DNA of 64,000 bases, taken from assembly GCA_951406725.2 (NCBI GenBank), contig OX597823.1, positions 23,002,001 to 23,066,000 of the forward strand. Direction: 5' to 3'. The notes under the pieces were generated by a model. It was not told the origin of the DNA, did not search any database, and worked only from the letters and a program-made list of their open reading frames with translations. A program made the translations under genes and the position numbers. How positions within the stretch are numbered: the stretch's first letter is position 1; every line of letters begins with the position of its first letter. Origin of the DNA: Octopus vulgaris (taxonomy: Eukaryota). Shown here piece by piece: positions 13,880 through 27,633 of the stretch.

Positions 13880-14155
13880 GGCCAGTGGTTTGAAGGAAGA
13901 TGCAGGACCTACTATTTGATTGGTACTTTATTTTATCAACTTCAGAGGAGTGAAAGGCAAAATTACCGCGCCAGACAAAATGCTTAGTGGCATTTCATCC
14001 GTCTTTACATTTTAAGTTCAATTTCAGCCGAGGTTGACTTTACCTTTCATTCTTTCGGGGTCTATAAAATAAGTGCCAATCAAACGCTGAGGTAGATGCA
14101 ATCAAATAACCCTTCCACCGAAATTAAGCACCTTGTGCCAAAATTAGTAACAATT
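13880..14155. mobile_element. tRNA-SINE family with the ...gttcaaat..gccgaggtcgactttgcctttcatcctttcggggtcgataaaataagtaccag core, two opposed fragments
   Basis: Same core recurs at about 40-200, 3245-3560, 4210-4340, 7470-7730, 11090-11320, 14370-14490, 20690-20910, 25190-25810, 35500-35640, 45100-45250, 57430-57620. Confidence 0.75.
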
Positions 14156-14574
14156 ATTTAAAGTGGTTTTTCTTTTTTATGACAGTTGAGTATGATATGA
14201 GAAAATTAAATTATTGCTATATCTAGAAGATTAACCAATCTTGTGGGTAGTCACACACGAAATATTTTGTGTAGTATGACATTTGAAAATGAAATTGAAA
14301 TAAGGTAGAGTTAGAAATCATAATCTATATGGCTTGGAAAAGCAAGATCTATATAATTGCATTCAACCAAGGCTGATTTTGTCCTTCATTCTTTGGGGTT
14401 TGATGAAATCAGTATCAGTTAAATAAAGGGGTTACTGTAATCAACTAGCCCCCTCTCCCAAAGTTTCAGCCTATGTGCCTATAATAGAAAGGATCATTAT
14501 TATCATTATTATTATTATTATCATCATCATCATCATCATCATCATTATTATTATCATTATCATCATCATCATCT

Positions 14575-14820
14575 CTTTATCACAGGTTTTATTGGAGCTC
14601 CTCGAGTCTTGCATGCATAGCAGACTTACTACCTGCAGCCCACAGTACCATGCTATTCCTTCTTTTCAGCTATCTAATACTTTCCTGGTTATCCTGGCTG
14701 TACCAAGGAGGCAAACCTTTTGTAACAGTTCTACTGGGCACTCTATTCCAGTTTCCATGATATTTCTCTTGATGCCTTCTGATACTGTTCTCAAAGACCC
14801 AACAATAATTGGCACTATCA
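14575..14820 (-). mobile_element. R4/Dong-clade LINE 3' end inserted in an (ATT/ATC)n tract
   Basis: IVPIIVGSLRTV...LLQKVCLLGTARITRKVLDS* matches the RLE LINE C-terminus (VIPIVIGALG...LQK..LLGTARILR.VL); triplet repeats on both sides. Confidence 0.8.
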
Positions 14821-15009
14821 TCGTCGTCATCGTCGTCGTCGTCGTCATCATCATTATTATTATTATTGAGTGAGAGAGCAGTGCATGCTAAAATATATGA
14901 AGCCTAGTATACCCATCATGACTACCCATCTGATAAGAGTACACCGGGTACATGCATTACATGCCTTTCACTCCTCTGAAGTTGATAAAATAAAGTACCA
15001 ATCAAATAT

Positions 15010-15725
15010 TTTATTCAGGAAGTCTTCCATGCATTTGAAAGAGTTCATATCTTGGATCTTTTAGTGCTATCTGTTTCTGTGACATCTGCTATGTTGAAAG
15101 TTCAGTTTTCTCTATCAGCCTGCCTGTGATCTTATGCACCCTTTGTTTAAACTAGGTGCAGTATATGAAATTCTTATGTACACCTCTACTTTTCAGTCAT
15201 GGTTACTTTCTTAATGGTTACAAAGTCCTGTCTTCATTCCTGCTCACTAAATATATTTCTTTGCTAGGTTTACTATAAGGCCCCTCTAGGCTTTGCTTTC
15301 ATGTTTAAAATTTCTTCACTAATTCTTCAACAAATTCTTCATTTAAAACTAAATCATTGCTAGTCTTGACTCCTCTGTTATGGCCTGGAGAACTCTAACA
15401 AATAGTAAGAGGGTGAGAAGTAAGCTTTGATGAACATCTACATGTATGATTAATTTCTCTGAACTCAAAGTCAACTCTTGCTTTGCTGCCAGCATATCTG
15501 TTCACAACTTGCACAGCTCTCACAGGCTATTATTTACAGCTAGTTTTATTGTGACCAGCATACTTCAAAGTATGATACCCTGTCGAATGTTGTCGTCTGG
15601 TCAACGAATGCAAGGTACAGTGGCTTACTCTTAGCTAAGAACTTATGATTCAAGTGTTTCATCAAGGAGGGAACATTAGTGGTACTTCATTCCTACATAA
15701 ATCCAACTGCCAAACTGCAACAGGA
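15010..15725 (-). mobile_element. Decayed RTE-clade LINE reverse-transcriptase fragment
   Basis: Minus-strand pieces FDRV, VRAVQ and VDVHQSLLLTLLLFVRVLQAITEE correspond to RTE RT AFDRV..VRAVQ..VGVHQGSVLSPLLF; frameshifted. Confidence 0.7.
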
Positions 15726-16222
15726 TTTGTGTCACAAAAGTCACACAGGGGTGCATGTGTTTGTGTATGTACATGTGTTTGTGTATGTGTGTGTGTTTCT
15801 GTTTAGAAACTTCAGACATACAATATACCTTGTTTATGCAACTGCTATAATCTTACCTAAGTGTATCTTCAACAAGCTTATAAAACCTGCCACTTTCACA
15901 TTTAGATATTGTTAACTTCAGTTTAGAATATTGCTCTTTAATCGCTATAATTACTTAGCTGTATTACTTAACTAATTGTGTTGACTGGATATATTTCTCA
16001 CGATGTATAAACATTATGCAACCTATCAGGCATTTCATATAAATATATATACAGTTTACATTATATATATGCATATAGTTGACATTTGGAGTAACAAATA
16101 AGGAAAAGCATACTCAATACCTGTAGCAGTGTTCTTTTTTTTTCTATTTGTATAAAGTAGATGACTCATGCAAAACTTTGAGTAGTTACCAAGTGAATTG
16201 TCAAACTGATATACACACATGT

Positions 16223-16626
16223 AGGCTTAGGAGTGGCTGTGTGGTAAGTAGCTTGCTTACCAACCACATGGTTCCAATTCAGTCACACTGCGTGGCACCT
16301 TGGGCAAGTGTCTTCTACTATAGCCTCAGGTCAACCAAAGCCTTGTGAGTGGATTTAGTAGACGGAAACTGAAAGAAGCCCGTCGTATATATGTATATAT
16401 ATATGTGTGTGTGTGTGTTTGTGTGTCTGTGTTTGTCCCCCAACATCGCTTGACAACCGATGCTGGTGTGTTTATGTCCCCATAACTTAGCGGTTCAGCA
16501 AGAAAGACCAATAGAATGAGTACTAGGCTTACAAAGAATAAGTCCTGGGGTCGATTTGCTCGACAAAAAGACGGTGCTCCAGCATGGCCACAGTCAAATG
16601 ACTGAAACAAGTAAAAGAGTAAAGAG

Positions 16627-16630
<4 letters not shown>
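16223..16630 (+). mobile_element. Near full-length tRNA-derived SINE with internal (TA/TG)n
   Basis: Head gtggctgtgtggtaag..ttcagtc, body caccttgggcaagtgtcttc, tail aaacaagtaaaagagta; close to copies at 22072, 49005 and 63418. Confidence 0.9.
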
Positions 16631-16662
<32 letters not shown>

Positions 16663-16876
16663 TATACATATTCATTTCTTCTTCAACAAGTTTCACTCAT
16701 TAGACTTGGAAACTACCTTCAAGGGTCTTAGTAAAATCAGTATATTTCACTCTGGTACGTATTTTATTAATATCTCTTTGTCAAACCACTAAACTACACG
16801 ACACATTTCTTCTTCATCACACCATCCATATTGTTTCTATTCAATAACTTTACAACTGTTTATGTATCTGCCTCAT

Positions 16877-16912
<36 letters not shown>

Positions 16913-19900
16913 CCTCTCCCTTCTCACTCTGACTCTCTTGCCATTTCATTGTGTAAAGAATGAAACGATCAAATCACTGAATACAACACAGGGAGACAAT
17001 GTAGAGTAGTGAGCCTTTAGTCTTACTGGTGATGCAACAATACTTGTGTGTGTGTGTGTGTGCATGCATGCATGCATGTTGGTGAAGGTCACAGGATAAC
17101 AGTGCATGCACTGAATTATTACAAATATAACTGATTGATAAAAATAGCAGCTGAGCATAAATAAAATACACATGTACATAGGTGAAGGCTTGATTGTATG
17201 GTTAAGAAATTTGCTTTACAGTCACATGGTTGTGAGTTTAATCTCAATGAGAGGTAGCTTGGACAAGCACCATCTACTATAGTTGTAAATTGACTAATAC
17301 TTTACTTTAACTGGAGAAGAGAAAGTGTTTGGAAACTTGTGATAAAATACACCCAGGACAATCAGTAGTGTGGTTGGTGATGGCATCCAACTGTAAGAAG
17401 GATGCCAAAAATGGAATGTACAAGCAAAGAGTGTTCCCTAGTAGGTTGAAGAAGACTGAACTTGGAATATCACAATCTGTCCTACCCATATCAGCATGGA
17501 AAAGCAAATATAAAATGATGATGATCATCATCATCATAACAACAGTATTTTAGTAAATCATGACTATTCAAATATTAGGTTTATAAAAAGGCAAAGGAGA
17601 CATATTTAATATCTGTTACTTTCTTGAGAAAATATACCTCAGCTATAGGTTACAGTAAATGCTAGATTTTGGCCCTTTGTGTATTATATAACCTACTCAT
17701 AAGCATTTTACATTTTATTAAATATTTCAAAAGGATAATTCTCAATCTCCATAACGCTTTCAGAATTCTACCATAACCCATAGCTTGAGAGGTGTTGCCT
17801 TCAAAGATTAGCAGATAGAATTAGATATGATTTATGATGCAGTCCATATAGAGATTGAACAAACCTTATAATTTTCGAAGGAAATGATCTTTTAATAGTT
17901 GGATTCCTAAATCATTTAGTTCTTAGCATTGCAGCTTTCTCTCATGAATAAGATATAATGTAAATGTTTCCTTGTTTAAAGAAGAACCAAAATAGCCACA
18001 AGGATATTAAATGTTGGACTACCAGTTCAGCAATTTTGAAACCAAATCTCCTGCATTTTTTCCATTCTGTATTTGGGTAGTACACTCAATTCCTTTTAAT
18101 TTAGTTCACCCAACTATTGGGGGAATAAATATCTCTAGATCACTTGGGAATGTTACCTGAGATAGTCTGGTATTATATCCAGAGAGAGTGTAATTATCTC
18201 ATTTCATTTCATATCTACATGAAACTTAAACTAACCACAGCCCCACCTTCTAGAGCCCCTGAGTAGCTTAGGAATGAATATAATTGCCAATATTGTTTAT
18301 TATTGTTCACTTCTACTTGTCTGTAGTGTTTCTTCTCTGATTATGTTTTTCCTAAAGTTCTTCTATACAGATCTTAATGAGGTGGTGATGGTGGATGGCT
18401 AATCACATTTCATCAACCACCCTTACATTTCTCTTTCTCACAAACAACACTTGCAGCAACTCATCTCAGTAGAGTGTAATAAGTGTAGTAATGTAAGCCT
18501 TTATATCACCTTCATGATTTCCCTTCTCGCCAAAAGTAATTAAAAGAAAATCAAAAACAAATAAAACACCTGTCAGGGCAATCCACTAAATGTTTTGCAA
18601 TAGATACTAAGTGGCTGATATTAATTTCTCCCACCCCCTTTAATGGATGGTGGGGATAGCTATGATGATTAAATACACATGCACTAGTGTCATATAATAT
18701 CCCGTAAAGTAATGAATTTTGTTTTATATAGCTTTTGTCATTACTTTGTCATTTTGTTTTTTGATTTTAGAAATATTACTTCACAACCCTGCTTTCATCT
18801 TAGTAGAAAGATCATGTACTTTGCTATTCTCAAACCAACAACCATAAGAACTTAGATTATTAAAAAAAAAAAGAAAGCTCATATTTTTACATTTAAAATA
18901 AGACACACATATGAATATATGCATGGGTTAGTGTTTAAGATGTTTACTCTGCAATCATAATGCCCTGGGTTTGATTCCACTGCATGGAATTTGGGGCAAA
19001 TATCATTTTTCTGTAGCCTCAAGTGAAAATGGGTTGACAGAGACTGAGTGGAAACTCAATTGATGGATTGTACATATAAATCAGAGGTACAGCTTCATCA
19101 CACGCTGTGTCATGCTGGTTCTGACTGAGAACTATATTAAAGGTATGTGTGTCTATGGAATACTCAGCCATTTACAAGCCAATTCAGAAGCAAGTAATTC
19201 AGTTACTCAAACAACTGAAACTGCATCATCAAAGCAGCTGAAAAATCATCTGTGTATATGTATTGATTGAATATTGTCATCGCAATATAACTAGCACTCC
19301 ATCAGTTATGATGACGAGGGTCCCAGTTGATCTGATCATCATAACAGCCTGCTCATGGAATTAACATGCAAGTGGCTGAGAAAGAGAGATTCAGCATGAC
19401 ACAGAATGTGACAAGGCTGGCTCTTTGAATTACAGTTGCTATTGGACTGTTGCAGAGTGGACATCATCATATATTGTATGTTTTTACAGCACATTGATGA
19501 AACTGCAACAAAAGTCTTCCCAATTAAGTGCAAGTTCTCTCATCTGATGAAGCCATAGTGTTACTTCATTTTGACTTTCTTGGAGTGTTTTCTTGACAGA
19601 GACATTTGGTTTGGTACCCCATTGCCTTTCCCAACTGGATGGCTGTTGGCCCACAAGGAAGTCATCCACCCTTCAACAGGTCTTGCTTTTAGTCCTGCTG
19701 AGTGTCCAAACACCCTCCTTGCAAGAGTCGCAAACTAACCAAGTGGGGTGGGATGAACCAAGTTTAGTCACCAATTTCTTGATTATGGAACAAGTAGTAC
19801 TGGTTTACATGGTACTAGTAGCATGGCATAGCAGCCTGTGATGAGATCCGTGACATAACTGAAAATACAAAGAGGTAAAAAAAAAAAGAGTACATATAAT

Positions 19901-22071
19901 TAATTTATTTCTTCAAAGCTGGAGATTCACTCTGTCACTACTCAAAGTTCCTTGCTTCATGTGATTATTCAGGCAATAACAAGGATTGCCATCTGAAGAA
20001 TTCCACATAGTAATAAATTCTGAATAGTGGCTTTGGGTATGTTTGCATTGAAAGAGTGGAAGGTAATGTAGAGTTATGGGAATTATTTAGTGTTGCAGGA
20101 GACAAAGAAATCTCTCAAGTGCTGGTGGTTTGATACAATGCACCAGGTGCACTCTGTAGACTGGATAGTGACAGAAAGGGTATCAAGCCATAGAGAACTT
20201 GTTTTAACCAAAACAGTTTTCTGAGCTGTCTTTGAAGGCTGAAATTCTGAATACTAACTAACTCAGACCATATGACCCCATCCAACATGTTCCAACATAA
20301 GAAATGGACATTAAAAAAATGAGGATAAATATATATAAACTATGAATGCACAAATATAATACTTTCTTTAATTCTTTTACTAGTTTCATTTATTGGACTG
20401 TGGCCATGCAGATACTTTTTATGTGTCTGACTCAGCAGATGAAAAGGGAAGTTGATTGATGAGAGGATTTTACCATTGAACACAAAGGGACTTGACCAAA
20501 TACCACGAAGTTATTTTGTCTGATGCTTTACCACTTCTATTAGTCCTTCTGCCCTCATCATTTTCTAAAAATGTACATTTTCTATCCAGCCCTAGGTTAG
20601 TCACCAATAAATATAATCTTATGATTTTTCTGAATGTAGTCTATGTTCTGTGTTGTTGCTGTTATTAGTGGGAAATCAGTGACCAAGCAGAACCATTAGA
20701 GCATTGGACAAAATGCCTCATAGCTTTTTACATTCTGAGTTCAACTCCCATCATAGCTTTTTACCTTCTGAGTTCAACTCCCATCAAAATCAACTTTGCT
20801 TTTCATTCTTTCAGGGTCAATAAAATAAAGTACCAGTCAAGAGCCACGGTTGATGGAATTGACTAATCTCCTCTTCTCAAAATTGCTGGCCTTGTACCAA
20901 AATCAGAAATCATTATCATTATCACAGGGTGATAGAACAACAGAATCACTAGAATATTGGGCTAAATATCTTGTGGTATTTATCTATCTTCTGAATTCAA
21001 AATCTTATAAAGTCATCCACTTGGGTCAGTTTAATTGACTAACACTCTTCCCACAGATTTGAAGCCCTTTGATAAAAACTGTTATCATTATAATGTCTAT
21101 TTTATTATATTGGTAAAAGGGTGGACAGTTTGTTTGGTTAATATTATAGCATTTGTTTCAAGCTACAGCATCTGTTGCCATCATTCCAGTTCTCTTTTGT
21201 TTCTTCATCTTGGTCTATATTATTTCCTTAGCCTATCTCCACCACAATAGTGAATTAATGGTACTCTTTCATCTAGCATGTGCTCTCTATCAATGCATTA
21301 AGTGTCTATACCTGTACAATTTACCTCTCCCTCTATCTCTCCCTGCACACACTTATGTTAGTTTTGATACCAGACACATTAATTCATTCAAGCTCAGATT
21401 TGCACGCTGTATGAAACATTAAACATCCAATAGATTAGATCAAACTCACACTTCTCTAGCTTTCTTGCTATGGAAAATTTTATATATTATGCATTTCAAT
21501 TAGTACTTAATTAGTGCTTCTGTCCTAATTTGAAGTAATCTATTAATCAGTGGCCAATAGTGGATAATAAACGGAGTGTATTGCACATTATAGGTTCAAT
21601 AGCTATTCTATTTGGCTGTCTACAATCATTTGTGTACAGAAGTATACAAACAAGTATATCTTAGGTAACAGTATTTGATATATAAATGTGAAAGTGAAAC
21701 AGTTTTACAGGGAAAACACTAAGGCAATAGCAGTCAGGCACTCACAATCTTGATGCTCTTAGTTGTAAGTTGTCTTCCTCAAAATCCCCAAAAACAGTAG
21801 AAAATATGAAATAAATTACAATTTAGAATTAAGTGAAACATTTTTGTGACAGTAAATGTAAAATAAATAGAAGCATATGTGTGTGCATATGAGTGTGTAA
21901 TCCAGTTAAAAGGTTAACTGCCACCTGTGACTCATTTCTATGGGAATTGTTTCAGGGAAACAGGTGGGCATGTCTAACAGTTAAACACTTCAGTAAATTG
22001 TATAAATTATTTCACTAGCCTTGTATTAAATCCTCTTCATAATTTATAGTCTCCTTTCTTCATTGAATAAG

Positions 22072-22447
22072 CATCAGCAAAAGCTGTGTAGTAAATAGCT
22101 TGCTTACCAACCACATGGTCCTGGGTTCAGTCCCACTGTGTGGCACCTTGGGTAAGTGTCTTCTACTATAGCCTTGGGTCAACCAAAGCCTTGTGAATGG
22201 ATTTGGTAGACGGAAACTGAAAGACGTTTGTCGTGTGCGTGTCTGTGTTTGTCCCTCCAGCATTGCATGACAACCAATGTTGGTGCATTTATGTCCCCAT
22301 AACTTAGCAGTTCAGCAAAAGTGACCAGTAGAATAAGTACTAAGCTTACAAAGAATAAGACCTGGGGTCAATTCACTCGACTAAAGGTTGTGTTCCAGCA
22401 TGGCCGCAGTCAAATGACTGAAACAAGTAAAAGAATAAAAGAATAAC
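22072..22447 (+). mobile_element. tRNA-derived SINE, same family as 16223-16630
   Basis: Colinear similarity over about 370 bp. Confidence 0.9.
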
Positions 22448-22723
22448 CATGTAAACATGTGTGTGTGTGCGCATGTGTGTGTGTGTGCACGCACGTGAGT
22501 GTACATACATACATATGTTTATACATAGATATAAACCTATCATTTTACATTCATTTTCTTTGCTCACATAGATTATGGAGTTTTCACCTATGTAGCATTC
22601 TGTCACTTATTCAGTATTCTTTTGTGAGGTTCAGCATCCTGAGATCAGCTTTTACCACTTCTACCTATATCCTTCTTGTCCTTCCATATGGATCTCCTGG
22701 CATTTCTTCACTCAACTGTCATC

Positions 22724-23110
22724 TATGGAAGCACTCTGTCGGTTACGACGATGAGGGTTCCGGTTGATCCGAATCAACGGAACAGCCTGCTCGTGAAATT
22801 AACATGTAAGTGGCTGAGCACTCCACAGACACGTGTACCCTTAACGTAGTTCTTGGGGATATTCAGCGTGACACAGAGAGTGACAAGGCCGGCCCTTTGA
22901 AATACAGGTACAACAGAAACAGGAAGTAAGAGTGAGAGAAAGTTGTGGTGAAAGAGTACAGCAGGGATCATCACCATCCCCTGCCGGAGCCTCGTGGAGC
23001 TTTAGGTGTTTTCACTCAATAAACACTCACAACGCCCGGTCTGGGAATCGAAACCGCGATCCTATGACCGTGAGTCCACTGCCCTAACCACTGGGCCATT
23101 GCGCCTCCAC
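22724..23110 (-). mobile_element. Young full-length tRNA-derived SINE (second family)
   Basis: Minus head GGAGGCGCAATGGCCCAGTGGTTAGGGC...GGTTTCGATTCCC with A/B boxes; CpGs retained; decayed tail copies at about 19095-19240(+), 19293-19440(-), 62440-62610(-). Confidence 0.85.
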
Positions 23111-24574
23111 ATGTGTGTGTGTCATCTATATGCATTCAATGTCCATACCAACATATTTCTCTCTCTCTCTCTAGATACACACACACACACACATATTCAT
23201 TTGTTTTACATCTGTTTTTCTGTGCTAGCATGGAGTAGATGCATGTATTATTGAGGCATTGTTTTGCAGCTGGATGCCCTTCCTGTCACTCCCCCTTACT
23301 TGTTTGCAAACAAGGCTCTCTCTCATTTCACATGCCTCTGAAGGTTTGATGTGAGTGGACAATTTCTTGACAGAAGAAGTGAAAACAACAACACTGCTTG
23401 TAGCAGGTGGCTTTTGTAAAGTAGAAATGCAAGCAAACACACAAGCATGCACACACGCACACATACACACACACACACACACATTTACATACATACATGC
23501 CAGGCTTCTTTCAGTTTCCATTTACCAAATTCACTCACAAGGGCTTTGATAAGCCTAAGACTATAGTAGAAGATGCTTAAGATACCACACAGTGGAACTG
23601 AACCCAAAACTATGATTGGGAAACAAACTTCCTAACCACACAACCATGCCTTTGTATACATCTACACACACACATACACACACACACACACACATTAACT
23701 GAAACAGCTTACACTCCTTAATTTATGGTTAAATAGTTAGTAATAAGAAGGGCATCCAGCTGTAAAAAGAAGCTCGGCAATACATAATCCATCCTATTCA
23801 TGCGGGCATGCAAAAATGAATGTAAAAAATGCACGTAAATATACACATAAAAAATATCAGGGGGGAAAAAAATTTACCAATCAATGAAAATAATCAATAA
23901 TTTATGTATGATATAGAATTACTTGCCCTCCCTCCGTTACAAATGTCTCCAACCACAAAAGCAATTATGTTTTTAAATAACTAATTTTTACTGAATATTA
24001 ACATTTTAATTCTGGTTTTGGTCTTGGTTTGTTTTCTTATTTTTTTTGTTGTTTCTTTTTATTTTGTTTTGTTTTTCCCCCTTCTTCTCCAACATTGCAA
24101 CATGTTCCTAGATACACTGAAATCTTCCATTTTCTGTCGCCTCAAAGCTGGTTTCCATTTTTTTTCATTGCAACTTTACAATTAAAAAGTACCTAAATAA
24201 ATATATGAATAATCAATAAATATTCATTTCCAGTCTTGAAATAAGCAATTATTAAAACACTTATTAAATGGTTTGTTTTATTGTTTTTGTTGTTTGTTTT
24301 CACTTAATGTTTGTTAATTGTTAGGTGGAGACAGTTGACACCTCTCACTTGTCTTATATTCAAGCAAAAGAAAGACAAATAAACAATGGTTTTGAAAAAG
24401 AAAAACTATTTTTGGTCTACAATTGCATTTAACTACCAGTTCAGTGAAAGTCCTGAAGGTGAATTAACAGATATTTCTGCCAAGAAATATGACATGAGAA
24501 AATCAAACGACCAAGTTTTGGGAAATGTATCAGAAAATTATAAATCATAATAACAGGTATAGTGATGCAAACAG

Positions 24575-24947
24575 GGGAAGTAGAACTCAGGGAATGTGAA
24601 CCTCCACCAAGGCAGCCCCAACATCCTCTCAATGATTAGCTGGAGAGGACTTTTAAAATGAGAATATCTGAAATAAACACGACTGCTCTCGCAAATGAGA
24701 ATACTAAAAATGAACCCAACCACTCTCAAAAATTAAGCAAAACAAAAACAGGTAAAATAATCCAAAATCCTTGTCTGGTACTGGATCGATCCCAAAATCT
24801 AATTCGTTTGTGCCAGTCACGAGGTCAAACATCACTGAAAGTTTCATCTGAATCCATCCTACAGTTCTTGAGATATCTTATCCATGGGCAGACAAACAAA
24901 CACAACTGAAAACAATACCTCTGCCTTTGCTAAGGTGAAGGTAAAAA
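24575..24947. mobile_element. Helentron/DINE-1-like non-autonomous element
   Basis: Subterminal ACCTCCACCAAGG echoed in terminal hairpin TACCTCTGCCTT-TGCT-AAGGTGAAGGTA; cagacaaacaaac microsatellite near the end. Confidence 0.55.
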
Positions 24948-24960
24948 TAGAACTCAAAAT

Positions 24961-25122
24961 ATGATTATTTGTATATTTTTATTAATGTTTTGCAGAAGCA
25001 ACAGAGTAACTCAAGGGCCAAGAGTCTCATGCATTGATGCTAATCAAGTGCCAATGCATGAAACTCTCGGCCCTTGAGTCACTCTGTTGCTTCTGCTAAA
25101 TATTGATAAACATATAACTCAT
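24961..25122. repeat. Hairpin palindrome, 45-bp core arms, 15-nt loop
   Basis: 24992-25036 vs 25052-25096, 3 mismatches; looser AT-rich outer arms. Confidence 0.9.
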
Positions 25123-25356
25123 AATAGCAGTAATTTCTTAGAGATACATAGCCATAAACTTGGGGTAAGTGATTTGTCAATTATATTAACTTAAATCAAC
25201 CTCAGTACATCACTGGTACTTTATTTTATCACCATCAAAAGGGGAAAAAGCAAAGGTGGCTTTGACTGGTTTTGAGCTCAAAATGTAAAGTAATCGGAGA
25301 AATACCTCCTAACATTTTGCCTGAATCTCTAACATTTCTGTCTGTTAACCACCTTC

Positions 25357-25407
<51 letters not shown>

Positions 25408-25904
25408 TTAATAATAATAGTTTCAAATGTTGGAACAAGGACAGCAATATTTGGTTTGAGATTAGTTGATTACATCAACCCCAATACATAACTAGTACTT
25501 ATCTCATTGGCCCAGAAAGGATGAAAGGCAAAGTCGACGTTGGCAGAATTTGAACTTGAGATGTAAAGAGCCAGTAGAAAGGCCCCTGAGCATAATATCT
25601 GATGTGCTAACAATTCTGCCAGGTTGCCACCTTCATAATAATTGTTTCTCACACAGGTATATGATCAGAACTTTGTTCTGATCCCCATGCTGACTGGTAC
25701 TTTATTTCATTGACTTTTGAAGGTTGAAAGGCAAAGTTGGCAGGATTTAAACTCAAAACCTGAGCAAATACTACAAGGCATTTTATCCAATACACTTATA
25801 ATTCTGCCAATTCACCTTCAGTATATAATTGGTGTGTGTGTGTGTGTGTGTGTTTACTTGGATGTATTTCTATATATATATTTGTAAGTGGCTCTGCATT
25901 AGAC

Positions 25905-26889
25905 CAGTAGTTCTCAACATTTATCTGCTCAAGCACCCATCACCTTTCAAGCCCAGGTTATCCCTACAGCCCCTCATGAACACAATGAATTGAAAAAAGA
26001 CTATTTAACAATGTGAAATTTCAATTACGGCTGTATCATATAAAATCATATAAAATCAAGGTGTTTGCTAGTATGTACTAAAAAAAGGAAAACAGCCATT
26101 TCTGTGGCGATAAAACTTTACAATAACAAACAATATTCTATAAAGACATCACAACCCTCTGTCTCTTGCATCCTCTTGCTCATTGTGGGTTGCTTCATAA
26201 ATATTATTAAATACTATTAATTCGAATTTTGATAAATCATTGAGGAATTAATGGGATAGGTTTGTTGGAATGTTTGCAGTTACTAGGAATACATCCTGGG
26301 TTTAAAGAATTTTATGTGGTGAAGTAATAGTCTGCAATAGTCAAGATGGTCAAAAAGAGGTAAAGTTCATGAGTTTTAAGTTTATATGCCATGAGATGTT
26401 GTAATCTGAGGATCTAGGATAGTTCATCTGCTTGAAAAAAACTGTTCTAATACTTTTTAAGGAGTGCTTGATTGTAAACATAAGTCAAGAGCTGATCGAG
26501 GAGGGCAACAAATTAATATGAGATGGGGTAGACTGAAAATATATTTAAGAATAATAATTTACTGGATAGGAGTGTTAATTGTTGTAAGGTATAAGATAAT
26601 ATACTTTAAAAAGTAAATCACCGAAATTATAGTAAATTCACTAATTTCTTTTTATAGATACAGTGAAGTGTAGGTAGGGTTAAATAGTGTGTCTGAAATA
26701 GATGCTGATATATAGAGGAACGGTGGTGTTTATAGTTGATCTGTGACTAGAAGGACATGGTGATGTATTGAATAAGTGTTTAAAAGTGCAGGAAGGAAAG
26801 GATATAGTTTCATATATATTATGTAAAAAAGAAGATTAGTGGGGAAATAAAAACAGTTGGGGTTTAAATATATATATAGGAGTGTGTAT

Positions 26890-26965
<76 letters not shown>

Positions 26966-27130
26966 ATATATATGTATGTATGTATGTATATATATATGTA
27001 TGTATGTATATATATGTATATATATATATGTATGTATATATATGTATATATATATATGTATGTATATATATGTATATATATATATATATATATGTATATT
27101 AAACGATGATGATGATGATGTATATATATA

Positions 27131-27208
<78 letters not shown>

Positions 27209-27565
27209 GTATACAGTCATACGCATCTATACATTATGGCAAGCTGAGTGGAGATGAATGTGTATTGGGATTAGGTTATTGATGTACACAGACATATATT
27301 TCTATATGATTACTTTGTATTTCAGTTGTAGTGACTAGATAGTACATTATAATGAATTATTGTAATGGTCAATATTTATGGCTGATATTAGCACAACAAT
27401 GAAATATGAGAATTATGAATGGGCAATTGTATGTTTAGTTGTTAACTTGGCATGTGGCCTCTTCAGAAACTTGTGTGGGCCCCAAATGCCCAATATTTTC
27501 ACATGGCCTTTAAAAAAGTGCCAGGGCACACTAGAGACCATATAGCCTCTGCTTGGAAGTCACTA
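25905..27565. mobile_element. Possible old hAT (Charlie-like) element carrying nested insertions
   Basis: Left end CAGTAGTTCTCAAC, degenerate right end TTGGAAGTCACTA, loosely similar 8-mers cattagac/tactaaac outside; internal minus DYNISWHI resembles a Penelope endonuclease motif. Confidence 0.3.
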
Positions 27566-27633
27566 TACTAAACTATGTACAGTATGAATATGTTTATGTA
27601 TACACTCATGTATATGTCTGTATAATATATATA

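Noticed and set aside
20719-20786. 33-bp tandem duplication (similar ones at about 30491-30530, 31577-31660, 7528-7553)
   Set aside because: Ordinary slippage duplications inside decayed repeats.
23030-23110. tRNA gene
   Set aside because: A/B boxes run straight into a SINE body; no proper acceptor stem or terminator.
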